64,000 nucleotides of DNA from Armatimonadota bacterium (GTDB taxonomy: Bacteria; Armatimonadota; HRBIN16). Both the position numbers and the translations under genes were made by a program. The number at the start of each line of letters is the position of its first letter. The first letter of the stretch is position 1. Below the pieces are notes generated by a model that was not told the origin of the DNA, did no database searches, and worked only from the letters and a program-made list of their open reading frames with translations. Shown here piece after piece: positions 19,498 to 30,057 of this stretch. Location of the stretch: assembly GCA_963677485.1 (NCBI GenBank), contig OY781964.1, positions 2,048,001 through 2,112,000 of the forward strand, in the 5' to 3' direction.

Positions 19498-21399
19498 ATG
19501 AACTCCTTACCCATATTAGTAATTGGCCTCTGCGTTTTCGCCCTGGCATACCGTTACTACGGAGCCTTCCTGGCCGCGAAGGTGGCGGTGCTTGACCCCA
19601 ACAGAACAACTCCTGCCCACACATACCGTGATGGAAAAGACTACCATCCTACCAACAAGTGGGTGCTTTTTGGGCATCACTTTGCCGCCATTGCAGGTGC
19701 CGGGCCTCTAGTGGGGCCTGTGCTGGCTGCCCAGTATGGCTATCTCCCCGGTATGATCTGGATTCTGGCGGGCTCGGTGTTCGCAGGAGCGGTGCAGGAC
19801 TTCATCATCCTGGTGGCCTCCACGCGTAATAAGGGTGAGTCGATCTCCCGAATCGCGGAACGCTATATGGGCAAGGTGGTCGGCTGGTGTACGGCCATCG
19901 CCGTGCTCTTCATCATCATCGTGGCGCTGGCTGGTCTGGCCATGGTGGTCGTCAACGCACTGCAACACAGTGCCTGGGCAGTTTTCACTATCGGCTGCAG
20001 CATCCCCATCGCAGTGTTGATGGGCCAATGGATGTACAAAATCCGGCCAGGAAAAGTGGTCGAAGCCACGGTCATCGGTGTGGTGTTGCTACTGGCGGCG
20101 GTCATTTACGGCGGCTCGCTGCCCCCTGATCTGGCCAAACACCTGATCTGGTCAGAGGACACGCTGAAGATCGCACTGCCGACCTACGGCTTCGTGGCGG
20201 CGGTGCTGCCGGTGTGGATGCTTCTCTGCCCGCGAGACTACCTGTCGACCTATATGAAGCTTGGCACGATCATCCTGCTTGCTTTAGGACTGTTCATCGT
20301 CCACCCGAATTTAGTGATGCCCGCCACCACGCAATACATTCACGGCGGTGGTCCGATCATCCCTGGCCCGGTGTGGCCGTATGTCTGTCTGACCATCGCC
20401 TGCGGGGCCATATCTGGTTTCCATGCGCTCATCGGCTCCGGCACCACTCCAAAAATGATCAGCAATGAGCGGGATATCCTGCCCATCGGTTATGGAGCCA
20501 TGCTGGTTGAGGGGTTTGTCAGTCTGCTGGCTCTCGTCGCCGCCTGCATCATCAGCCAAGACCACTACTTTGCGATCAATGTGAAGAATCTCGTGTTGAG
20601 TCCTCAGGTGACCAAAGAGATGGCGGAGCTTGCCAAGCAGGTGGGCGAACAGACGCTGGTGGGACGAACCGGCGGCGCCGTGACCTTAGCGGTTGGGATG
20701 GCCACCGTCTTCAATCAGCTTCCCGGTATGAAGGCCATGATGTCCTATTGGTATCACTTCGTGATCATGTTTGAGGCGTTGTTCATACTGACCACAGTCG
20801 ATACCGGCACCCGTGTGGCCCGGTTTATCGTGCAGGAGATGCTGGGGCGTGTTTACAAGCCGTTCGGAAAAGGTACATGGCTGCCCGGTGTGCTGATCAC
20901 CAGCTTCCTGGTTTCGTATGCCTGGTATTATCTGCTTCAGGGTGGTGATATCACCTCGATCTGGCCTATGTTTGGTGTGGCCAACCAGTTATTGGGAGTG
21001 ATCGCACTGGCCATTGGCACCACGCTAATCATGATGCAGTCACCAAAACGCATATACGGCATGGTGACCTTCGTGCCGTTTGTCTTCATGGCCGTGACCA
21101 CTGTCACATCCGCCATTATGAACATCGGTATATTGTTCGGCTCTGCTGCCAAACGCACCATCGAAGCTCTCGCACCAGGACTTGATCCTGCTCTGGTTGC
21201 CGCGACGGTCAAGAAGGCCAGTACCGACCGGTTGGATGCCTGGCTCACCATCATCATGTTAGCTCTGGCACTGGTCATCTGCTTTGAGTGCATCCGCAAG
21301 TGGCTGGCGATCTTGAAGACTCCCGGCAACACCATCGGCATGAATGAGCCCGAGGGCGACTTCCTGCGGCTGGCCAAGGACACCGACCTTGCAGATTAA
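19498..21399 (+). CDS. cstA: Carbon starvation protein A (peptide/pyruvate transporter family)
   Basis: TPAH..DGKDY.PT, FGHHFAAIAGAGPLVGP, IACGAISGFH, FEALFILTTVDTGTR. Confidence 0.95.
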   Translation: MNSLPILVIGLCVFALAYRYYGAFLAAKVAVLDPNRTTPAHTYRDGKDYHPTNKWVLFGHHFAAIAGAGPLVGPVLAAQYGYLPGMIWILAGSVFAGAVQDFIILVASTRNKGESISRIAERYMGKVVGWCTAIAVLFIIIVALAGLAMVVVNALQHSAWAVFTIGCSIPIAVLMGQWMYKIRPGKVVEATVIGVVLLLAAVIYGGSLPPDLAKHLIWSEDTLKIALPTYGFVAAVLPVWMLLCPRDYLSTYMKLGTIILLALGLFIVHPNLVMPATTQYIHGGGPIIPGPVWPYVCLTIACGAISGFHALIGSGTTPKMISNERDILPIGYGAMLVEGFVSLLALVAACIISQDHYFAINVKNLVLSPQVTKEMAELAKQVGEQTLVGRTGGAVTLAVGMATVFNQLPGMKAMMSYWYHFVIMFEALFILTTVDTGTRVARFIVQEMLGRVYKPFGKGTWLPGVLITSFLVSYAWYYLLQGGDITSIWPMFGVANQLLGVIALAIGTTLIMMQSPKRIYGMVTFVPFVFMAVTTVTSAIMNIGILFGSAAKRTIEALAPGLDPALVAATVKKASTDRLDAWLTIIMLALALVICFECIRKWLAILKTPGNTIGMNEPEGDFLRLAKDTDLAD

Positions 21400-21464
21400 T
21401 AAAGCAACACAGTAACCAGCGTTGTAATACGTCCGGCGAAACACGAAATCATACGAGGTGTCTT

Positions 21465-22532
21465 ATGGCTATCAGCAAAGAAGCATTCGCTCCCGAAGCC
21501 GCGAACTCACCCTCCCTGCTGCGTGACGCGCCGGAGATACCGGTGATGCAGCGCGCCATAGTCACCAAACAGGGCGGACTGTGGCCTACCATAGGCGCTC
21601 TGCCCGATGGCAGCCTGCTGGCTCTGGGCTACAACGCACCAGGACACACCACTCTGCCCGGCGATGTGGGGGCCTGGCGCAGCACAGACGGCGGCCAAAA
21701 CTGGCAGCTTCACAGCCAGATTATCCGACCAGTTGACAACAGCAACTGGTGCGATTCCTGCTGGGGTTTGACCAAACGCGGACGGCTTGTGTTCCTGACC
21801 GGCGGATATGCCGACCCAGAAGACAAAAACAAACGCCGTCACCCTATCGAAACAGGCGCCTTCATCAGCAGCGACCAGGGTCGAAGCTGGAAACAGGACG
21901 GCCGTTTCCCGCCATGCTTCCCGAAGGGTGAGCTGACGCGGCCTTATGGCCGGATTGTGCTGGGTCATGACGGCTTTTTGTATACCATCGCCTACGCACA
22001 CTACAACGACGGTGGCAATGGTGCCTATATTGTGACCAGCCACGACGAAGGCAGGCACTGGGAGGTGTTGAGCTACATCACCCCGGATATCAACGAGGGG
22101 GCATTGCTGCCGTTGAAAAGCCGAGGGCACTGGCTGGCCGAAATCCGCACCACCGACCGCCCCGCCCCCGAGCTGGGACAGGAGACACGCCAGTTTCGCA
22201 GCACGGACAATGGCTTGAGTTGGGTCGATGAGGGGTTGACAGCCGGTTACCACTGCCACCCAGCCAGCTTGATCGCGCTGAAGGACGGTCGTTTGCTGCT
22301 CACCTACGGTAACCGGCGGAACCGCCGTATCGAGGTGCGCTTGTCGCATGACGAAGGTGCCACCTCGGGCCTTCCCATGAGTATCGCCGCGGTGAATCCG
22401 GGCGATATGGGCTATCCCAGCAGCGTGCAGCGTAAGGATGGGGTGGTAGTCACCGTGTTCTACGCCCTCAGCACCGCGCTGTGTGAGGGGTATCACATGG
22501 AGACAGCCATCTGGAAGCTGCCGGAGGGGTAG
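21465..22532 (+). CDS. Sialidase-like BNR/Asp-box beta-propeller protein
   Basis: Five Asp boxes (STDGGQNW, SSDQGRSW, SHDEGRHW, STDNGLSW, SHDEGATS) and DMGYPSS. Confidence 0.8.
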   Translation: MAISKEAFAPEAANSPSLLRDAPEIPVMQRAIVTKQGGLWPTIGALPDGSLLALGYNAPGHTTLPGDVGAWRSTDGGQNWQLHSQIIRPVDNSNWCDSCWGLTKRGRLVFLTGGYADPEDKNKRRHPIETGAFISSDQGRSWKQDGRFPPCFPKGELTRPYGRIVLGHDGFLYTIAYAHYNDGGNGAYIVTSHDEGRHWEVLSYITPDINEGALLPLKSRGHWLAEIRTTDRPAPELGQETRQFRSTDNGLSWVDEGLTAGYHCHPASLIALKDGRLLLTYGNRRNRRIEVRLSHDEGATSGLPMSIAAVNPGDMGYPSSVQRKDGVVVTVFYALSTALCEGYHMETAIWKLPEG

Positions 22533-22543
22533 TGGTCTTTCTT

Positions 22544-23720
22544 AACCGCGGATGAACGCAGATGGACACGGATGGGGAAGGGAAATGTCCGTTAGCATAT
22601 TGGTGTGCCAAGGGTAGACCGAGCTGCTGATTTGTCATAACCGCGGATGGACACGGATGGACACGGATGGGAAGGGAAATGTCGATTATCACATCGGCGT
22701 TCCCAGGGGTGGTTCGGTCGCGGTTTTTCCGCATATGAGGCAGGCACGGGGGCACTGCCCCTACAGCCAGCCTGCTATCTTACCTTCCCATCCGCGTTCA
22801 TCCGCGTTCATCCGTGGTTGATGGTATCAGTGCTGCGGGGCAACTCCCCATTTGTGTCCATTCGTGTCTATTCGTGGTTAACAAAAACAGCACCCCGGCG
22901 GTCATTCCCTAATTTGCGTCATCTGTGAAATCTGTGGATTGTAACTCCCTCATGTCAATCGCTATCTGCAAGGAAAAAGACCGGCGCGGTCTTAGGCCAT
23001 CCGTAGACGTAAGCGTACCGTCAGACCGCCCCGGACATAGCCAATCGGGGCGTACCAGCAGCGGACTATTCCCCAATCTGCGCCATCTGCGTAATCTGTG
23101 GAATACCATTCCCCATCCGCGTTGATCCGCGGTTGATGGTATCAGTGCTGCGGGCCCCTCCCCATTTGTGTCTATTTGTGTCCATTCGTGGTTAACAAAA
23201 ACAGCACCCCGGCGGTCATTCCCTAATTTGCTTCATCTGTGAAATCTGTGGATTACCACTCCCTCCATGTCAATCGCCATCCGCAAGGAAAAAGACCGGC
23301 GCGGTCTTAGGCCATCCGTAGCCGTAAGATTACCGTCAGACCGCCCCGGACATAGCCAATCGGGGCGTACCAGCAGCGGACTATTCCCCAATCTGTGTCA
23401 TCTGCGTAATCTGTGGAATACCATTCCTCATCCGCGTTCATCTGTGAAATCTGTGGATTGAAACTTCCTCCATGTCAATCTCCATCCGCAAGGAAAAAGA
23501 CCGGCGCGGTCTTGGGCCATACGTAAACGCAAGAGTTCTGTCAGACCGCCCGGACATAGCTAATCGGGGCGTACCAGCAACGAACTATTCCCAATCTGTG
23601 TCATCTGTGTCATCTGTGTAATCTGTGGATTGGTATTCCCATCAGCGTCCATCGGCGTTCAACAGCGGTTAACGAAAACAACCATTACCCAATCTGTGCC
23701 ATCTGTGTAATCTGTGGATT
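22544..23720. repeat. Composite tandem repeat array with periods of about 315 and 205 bp
   Basis: Three copies of a unit carrying AGACCGGCGCGGTCT-N30-AGACCGCCCCGGAC at 22978, 23293 and 23498. These are interleaved with ATCTGTGTCATCTGCGTAATCTGTGG and ATCCGCGTTCATCCGCGG microrepeats. Confidence 0.9.
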
Positions 23721-23737
23721 GTTACTCCCCTCCGCCC

Positions 23738-24835
23738 CTACCGCAGCACGCGCTTGACCACCACGCCGGTACGGCCGGACACCGTGCTCCAGCACACCCC
23801 CCGGCTGACGCTGGCCTCCACTGTCAGACCGTTGCCCATATACATCGCCACATGGCCGGGCGTGACCAACAGATCGCCGATCTGCAGCTCATCGGTGATG
23901 GTCGGCAACGCGGAATACTGCCCGATCGCCTGACTGCTGCGCGGCAGCTTGATGCCCAGCTCCGCATACACTCCGCCCACAAACCCGCTGCAGTCGGTTC
24001 TGACCTGGCACTTCTGCGCACCATATAGATAAGGTGTGCCCTGCCACTTCTCCACCAGAGCCACCAGCCTCTCACGAGTGCCATCCATACGCGCATCCAG
24101 CGGGCTGTCCATCCTGGCCTTCACAAACACCGGGTGACTTTGGCGGTTATCCAGCAGCATGGTGCCGTAGTTCGAGGCCACCCACACGCCGGAGGGTGCC
24201 GGAGCGATCGCCTTCAGCGAGATACCTGGCGTGTTCCAGGGCAGCAGAAGGCTGCTGCGGCGCGAGGAAAGCTCCGTGACCGCTAGTTGGTTACCGGTCA
24301 GAAACCACACGCAGGCCCCGTCCCAACTGGGCACTGCGGTAGATATGCGGGGGGTGATACCAGGCAGCGCGAGGTTGCTCCAGCGCTGGCTGGCGGAAAA
24401 CCACAGGCTGAAGTAGTCGGGAAACAGGCAGCCGTAACCGCCGCTCCATCGGCAGACCGAACGGGCGGAAGGCAGTTTTGGCTCCTTCGGATCATTTGAT
24501 AGCGTAGATGGCAGCCATTCGCCCGTCTGCTCGTTCAGCACCAGACTGCTTTGGCCGTCACGCGCCAGCACACCCTCGCTGGTGATGCTCAGATCCCCAC
24601 TGACTGGCGGGGCGTATTCGCGGCAGCTTCGGGTGTTGGTCTGGCAGAGCAACAGACGGCCATTAGCGGTCTTGATCAGCAGATGGTGGGCATAGGCGTA
24701 CACGGAGCTGGATGGGCTCGCCATGGCGGCGTCCCAGTCGACCGTGCTCTGCGCCGAGGCAATGATGGGGATCATCGCCATGGCGCAGAGTATGAAGACC
24801 AACCTATGCAGCAGGTAAGCGGTTACTCGCCCCAT
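23738..24835 (-). CDS. NlpC/P60 (C40) peptidase with N-terminal extension, secreted
   Basis: GTPYLYG, TDCSGFV, LPRSS, GDLLVTPGHVAMYMG and a signal peptide. Confidence 0.85.
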   Translation of the reverse strand: MGRVTAYLLHRLVFILCAMAMIPIIASAQSTVDWDAAMASPSSSVYAYAHHLLIKTANGRLLLCQTNTRSCREYAPPVSGDLSITSEGVLARDGQSSLVLNEQTGEWLPSTLSNDPKEPKLPSARSVCRWSGGYGCLFPDYFSLWFSASQRWSNLALPGITPRISTAVPSWDGACVWFLTGNQLAVTELSSRRSSLLLPWNTPGISLKAIAPAPSGVWVASNYGTMLLDNRQSHPVFVKARMDSPLDARMDGTRERLVALVEKWQGTPYLYGAQKCQVRTDCSGFVGGVYAELGIKLPRSSQAIGQYSALPTITDELQIGDLLVTPGHVAMYMGNGLTVEASVSRGVCWSTVSGRTGVVVKRVLR

Positions 24836-26241
24836 TCCGTGTGAAAAACACCATCCCTGTCGATGCGTTTGTAGGTGTGTGCGCCGAAATAGTCGCGCTG
24901 CGCTTGAATCATGTTCGCGGGCAGCGTTTCCGAACGGTAGCCGTCAAAATAGGCCAGCGCACTGCTGAAAGCGGGTACCGCCACACCAGCCTGCACGGCC
25001 GTAGCCACCACATGCCTCCATGCGGGCTGGTAACTGTTCAGAATCTGCCGGAAGTAGGGAGCCAGCATCAGGTTGGCCAGGTCGGGATGGGTGTGGAAGG
25101 CCTCCTCGATGCGGTCCAGGAACTGCGCCCGGATGATGCATCCGCCGCGCCACATCAGTGCGATCTCGCCGTAGTTCAGCTTCCAGTCATACTTCTCACT
25201 GGCGGAACGCATCAGTTGGAAGCCCTGGGCGTAGGAGCAGATCTTGCTGACAAACAGAGCCTGTCGCACCGCTTCCACCAGCTCCGCGGTGTTACCAACG
25301 TATTTGTACTCCGGGGCTTTGAGCAGTTTTGACGCCTCTACACGCTGGCTCTTGATGGCGCTGATGCTTCGCGCGAAGACCGCCTCCGCAACGGTGGGGG
25401 CGGCGATGCCCAGCTCCAAAGCGGCCTGGCTGGTCCATAGACCGGTGCCCTTCTGGCCCGCCTCATCCAAAATCAGCTCCACCAGCGGCTTGCCGCTGAG
25501 GGGGTCGATGGTAGCCAAAATATCGCGTGTGATCTCGATGAGGTAGCTGTTCAATTCGCCTTTGTTCCACTCGTCGAAGATGTTGTGCATCTCCGCCGCG
25601 CTCAGACCGCACACCCGGCTGAGCAGGAAATAGGCCTCGCTGATGAGCTGCATGTCGCCGTATTCAATGCCGTTATGCACCATCTTCACGAAGTGTCCCG
25701 CACCATCTGCCCCTACATACTGGCAGCAGATGCCGCCATCGCTGACCTTCGCGGCGATCGCCTGGAAAATCGGCTGTATCAGTTTCCACGCTTTATGGCT
25801 GCCGCCCGGCATGATGCTGGGACCCATCAACGCGCCTTTTTCGCCGCCTGACACGCCCACACCCATGAAGTGCAGACCCATATCCTCTACAATCGCGGTG
25901 CGTCGGATGGTATCGGGATAGTGGCTGTTGCCTCCGTCGATGATGACATCGCCCTCGTCTAGCAGTGGGATGAGCGCTTTCACAAGATCATCCACCGCGG
26001 TTCCCGCTTTCACCATCAGCATCAGCTTGCGCGGTTTACCTATACTGCTGACCAGCTCCTCAAGCGAATGGGTGCCAATGATATTCTTCCCTGCGGCCTG
26101 TCCGTTGATGAAGTCATCGACCTTGCTGGTGGTTCGATTGTATACGGCCACAGTAAAGCCATTACGTTCCATATTCAAAACCAGGTTTTCGCCCATTACG
26201 GCAAGCCCAATCAGGCCAATATCTGCAAGCGGCATAGCCAT
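24823..26241 (-). CDS. gnd: 6-phosphogluconate dehydrogenase, decarboxylating
   Basis: GLIGLAVMG, VSGGEKGA, VKMVHNGIEYGDMQ, QAQRDYFGAHTY. Confidence 0.97.
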   Translation of the reverse strand: MAMPLADIGLIGLAVMGENLVLNMERNGFTVAVYNRTTSKVDDFINGQAAGKNIIGTHSLEELVSSIGKPRKLMLMVKAGTAVDDLVKALIPLLDEGDVIIDGGNSHYPDTIRRTAIVEDMGLHFMGVGVSGGEKGALMGPSIMPGGSHKAWKLIQPIFQAIAAKVSDGGICCQYVGADGAGHFVKMVHNGIEYGDMQLISEAYFLLSRVCGLSAAEMHNIFDEWNKGELNSYLIEITRDILATIDPLSGKPLVELILDEAGQKGTGLWTSQAALELGIAAPTVAEAVFARSISAIKSQRVEASKLLKAPEYKYVGNTAELVEAVRQALFVSKICSYAQGFQLMRSASEKYDWKLNYGEIALMWRGGCIIRAQFLDRIEEAFHTHPDLANLMLAPYFRQILNSYQPAWRHVVATAVQAGVAVPAFSSALAYFDGYRSETLPANMIQAQRDYFGAHTYKRIDRDGVFHTEWGE

Positions 26242-26400
26242 CCTCCGTGTGATGTGGTCGTTAATATCCGGGATAACGGTGCGTGAAAGCTGTACACTAC
26301 ATTGTTAGTGTACGCTAAATCATGCTTCCGTTGGCATGGCCAACGCGTCTAGAAGTTACATCACTCACCGTTAATCATCTCGTCTATGGAGGGCTCTGGC

Positions 26401-27336
26401 GTGCGCAAGCAAACCGCCTTTACTCTTATCGAGCTGCTAGTAGTTATTGCTATTATCGCAATACTCGCGGCGATCCTGTTCCCCGTGTTTGCTCAGGCGC
26501 GTGAGAGAGCCAAACAGGCGACCTGCATCAGCAACCTCAAGCAGTGGGGGTCGGCGATGTCGATGTATAAATCCGACAATGATGACACTTTTCCGCTGGC
26601 CTATGGCTGGTTTGCCCGGCCTGACATCGGCTGGCTGGATATGGTCAGCATCGAAACACCCGCAGGATGGGTTCCGTATGAGACCGTTGCGGGCTGGAGC
26701 CCTGAAGAGACCAACCAACTGGCCGACGGCATGAGGGTCGCCTGGGCGAATTCGCTGATGCCCTACATCAAAAGCTGGAAGATCCTCGCCTGCCCGAGTG
26801 CCCAGCTTTACCGCTCGCCGGAGATGCTGGACTACTACCCGAAGCAAAAGAAGACGCCACAGACCACCACTTACAACTACAACGGCTATCTGATGGCACT
26901 GCCCGATTCGCAGGTGGCCTGGCCCAGCGGTCTTGTAATGATGTGGGAGGGACAGGCGAAGAGTGCCTATCTGGGGCACGCGCGCAGTCTGCCCTTGCTG
27001 CACTGCCGAAACAGGCTGGAAGCATGCCGCTATCTGGGCGATGCCGACAACTGCCACGATGGGCAAAACGGCGGCACCGGGGAGCTATGGCCCTCGGCGA
27101 ACGGGCTAGACCCCAACCCGCACGGCAACAAACTGAATATGCTCTACTGTGACGGTCATGCCGCGATGTTCAAGCCGGTGATGAGCTACAATGCGGCCAA
27201 CCGCCTGACCCAGCCGCGTTATCTGCGCGAGGGAGCAAGCCTCACCGCTCCCCTGGCCGATGACTACCGTAATTATCGCAGCGACCACGGCTGTTATGAC
27301 GCGCCTATGTTCATGCCGGATACGGATAAGGATTGA
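26401..27336 (+). CDS. Prepilin-type N-terminal cleavage/methylation protein (DUF1559, H-X9-DG)
   Basis: [38 protein letters not shown] and [16 protein letters not shown] start follows GGAGG. Confidence 0.92.
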   Translation: MRKQTAFTLIELLVVIAIIAILAAILFPVFAQARERAKQATCISNLKQWGSAMSMYKSDNDDTFPLAYGWFARPDIGWLDMVSIETPAGWVPYETVAGWSPEETNQLADGMRVAWANSLMPYIKSWKILACPSAQLYRSPEMLDYYPKQKKTPQTTTYNYNGYLMALPDSQVAWPSGLVMMWEGQAKSAYLGHARSLPLLHCRNRLEACRYLGDADNCHDGQNGGTGELWPSANGLDPNPHGNKLNMLYCDGHAAMFKPVMSYNAANRLTQPRYLREGASLTAPLADDYRNYRSDHGCYDAPMFMPDTDKD

Positions 27337-27483
27337 GGGAGGAGCGAGAAGCGAGGAGAATAGGACAGTTCACGTCCACCTCGTCCTACTCATCTGACCC
27401 GTCTTATGGTGCCGCGCAAGAAGGGCGGTTCGCGAACCGCCCCCACACATTCCACCCTGCCCACCCCTACATAAGGCCCTAAC

Positions 27484-29607
27484 TCACTGCCCCGGCTGGT
27501 AAAGCAGCTCCAGCACGGGCCGCCAGTCGGGTTTGGGGCTCCCGGGGGCAGCAAGGGCAGCGTATTCGCTGCGGTTGTCGCCGTTGGTGGGCCTCTGGAA
27601 CCGCACCCGCAGATGCGTGAGCCCCTCTCTGTTCACGTAGCCTAAACCGCGAGGCTCAAGCGACGCCCAACCCTGGAGCCCATCAGCATATAGTATTGAA
27701 AAGGCCCCAGCTTGCAGCATATCAGCCGGTTCGATCGTGCCCGTAGCATCCGTGCCGCCAAACTCACCACGCTTGATATCTACCACCAGCCGGTTGCCCC
27801 ACAGCTCCCGCTAGCTCCACGGACCCTCCCAGGGCTTCTCCACACTGCCCATCACCCCAGTGCGGGTCAGCTTCAGCACCGCTCCGACCAGTTTCGCCCG
27901 TTTAGGCATCACCGAGGTGTCGAAGCTGAGCAGCATGGTGGTCTGCGTGTTCTGGTCGGTATCACCCACGGACACCGTCCCGAGCTGGGCCTCATTGCTG
28001 CCAGCCACACCCGGTACGGTCAGGCTGACAGGCAGCGCAGATGGTGGTACCGGTGCGTCTTGTTGCCGGTCGTTGCTGTGGGTTAGCCGCACAAACTGAA
28101 GCTCTGTACCTGAACTCTGGGGGAACGACACCCGCAGTTGCGTCAGAACGGCCAGCGGGGTCAGGGTATCGATACGGAAGAACTTGTCGACTACACCGCC
28201 TGTTGCGGGCGGAAGCGCTAGACCGCGCGGAGTATTCGCAATCGTGTCGGCTTCTGTCAGAAAACTAAACTTCCCCGCGGCAGCGCTTCTCTGCCGGTAG
28301 CGCACCCAAAGGTAGCTCGGTTCGGTAATCACAAACCAGCTTGGTTGGACCCATCCTGCCGCCGTCAGTTTGACATGGTCCCACCACACCGCTTTACCCG
28401 CGACATCCGTCCACTGACGGAATCTGTTCTTCGCGGGGTCGGCCTTCTGCAGTTCCGACATGTCCGAAAACGCCTTGCGATTGGGCCGGGGGTAGAATCC
28501 GCAGTTTTCGTATAAGGCCTCATTACGGGAGTCACTGCAGTTGATCTCCGCGGCATCATGCGCGTTCGTGGGGTTGATGGAGTTGTTGAAGAAGCTGCAA
28601 CTGCGCACATTGATGTTCTTGTTGAGCCCGCCGGTGGTGAGGTGCATCAATCCGCAGCCGTCATTGCCATAAAACAGGCAGTTGTCAAAGCTGATATTTT
28701 CACTGCTGCCCTCTATGTCCAATCCGCCGCCATCAGGGCATCCATTACGCCGCGTGCCGGAAAAGATGCACTCACGAAAGCTGATGTTCGCCGTACTCTG
28801 TATCATGCCCGCTGCGGTGCCCCACTGGATGGTTCCACCTGAGCCGAAACTATGCACGCGATACAGCTCGCTGTCGGCCATGTCGATGGTGCCAAACGCC
28901 CCGCCGAAACAGCCATCCGCCACCGAGTTTTCATACTTCAGGTGCCGAACGCGGTTTGGATTCGGCTTTGGCCAGTACCAGGCGGAGTAGACGCCCACAC
29001 CATAGATACGGGCGAACCGGCAGTTGCGGACGGTGACGCCGTCCAGCACCGTATCGGTGTGGTTGGCGCTTCCGCCGATGAACACGCCGCATGTCCAGGC
29101 CAGCTCATAATTGTGTTTCAATGGGTCGCATGTGCGGTCGGGCATATCGGCAAAGTGGCACTGCTCCACTACCATGCCCGTGTGAGCATAGGAGTTGTTA
29201 TACCTAAGGTAGACACCCACCTTCGCATGGCGCAGCGAGAGGCCCCTGACCGTCCACCAACTGCCGTTCTCGATGGTGATGGCGCAGTCATTGGCCGTAT
29301 CCACACCGGTGATAATCGGCCGCACGCCTTTACCGTAGGAGCTGAGCAGGATGGGTTTTTCCGCGCTGCCGGAGCCTAGCAGTTTGAATGGTCCTTTGTA
29401 GACGCCACCCGATTGCAGCAGAACCTTGTCCCCTGGCTGAAGCGTCTTACCGTCCAGTGGCTTCAGGCTGCGCCACGCGGTGGCGGGGGTGCTGCCGGAG
29501 TTGGCGTCGCTGCCTGTGGGCGAGGCGTAGTATTCCGCGCCGTGTGCGGCCAGAAGTGCGGCCAGTATATAGCTACCAGCTAGTAGTGTTGTGAACAGGT
29601 GTCTCAT
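27484..29607 (-). pseudogene. Secreted right-handed beta-helix protein interrupted by one in-frame TAG at 27811-27813
   Basis: Signal peptide, YYASPTGSDANSG, PbH1-type repeats. The frame stays open after the TAG (PWS*RELWGNRLVVDIKRGEFGG) and joins ORF 27484..27786. Confidence 0.7.
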
Positions 29608-29715
29608 TTAGTCCATCCCCTTGGCTTCGTAGTGGTCCTGACAACATATTACAGTGAACAGCATCGTATGAGAAGCACGAAAGCAAGTAACGACTCAGTT
29701 TCAGCAATGGTCATT

Positions 29716-30026
29716 GGTAATGATCGACGGGTGCCAGGGGCATCCATACGCCGGCCGGAGCGAAGCGACGCCGGCCGATAATGATCAGCCGCGCGGTGCA
29801 GGAACCCGCACTAGACGCAATTCCCGGAGCGTCAGCTCCCGGAATGTAGTCGTGTGGGTGACTAAACCCGCGGCAGCGTGGTCGATCATCTACGATCAAC
29901 ACCACCGGCACTTGGCGACGGGTTCCGTGGCCCGTCCGTGACTTCGTCCCGGTACGGGCACTGTCACCCGTCGCTGATCAATACCGGCCCGCGTTCCGGC
30001 GGGCGTTGGGAAGGCCCAGTGCCGGT
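29716..30026. ncRNA. Candidate large structured RNA or MITE-like element
   Basis: At least 7 stems, including 29904-12/30018-26, 29915-23/29966-74, 29930-35/29954-59, 29987-92/29999-30004, 29752-58/29771-77, 29821-30/29835-44 and 29716-37/29961-85. Confidence 0.45.
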
Positions 30027-30057
30027 TGTCCCCTCCGTCAAAACCCCGCCAATAGAC

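Noticed and set aside
22647-23461. Short ORFs in the repeat array, and the N-terminal extensions of ORFs starting at 33623 and 56076
   Set aside because: They are translations of repeat DNA without an RBS.
22544-23720. CRISPR array
   Set aside because: Units are 205-315 bp, the inter-repeat sequence is itself repeated, and there are no cas genes in the window.
29790-30030. Cobalamin riboswitch (GGCACTG...GGGAAGG on +)
   Set aside because: The B12 box and the GGGAA/ACTGT core are missing, and no + strand gene lies downstream.
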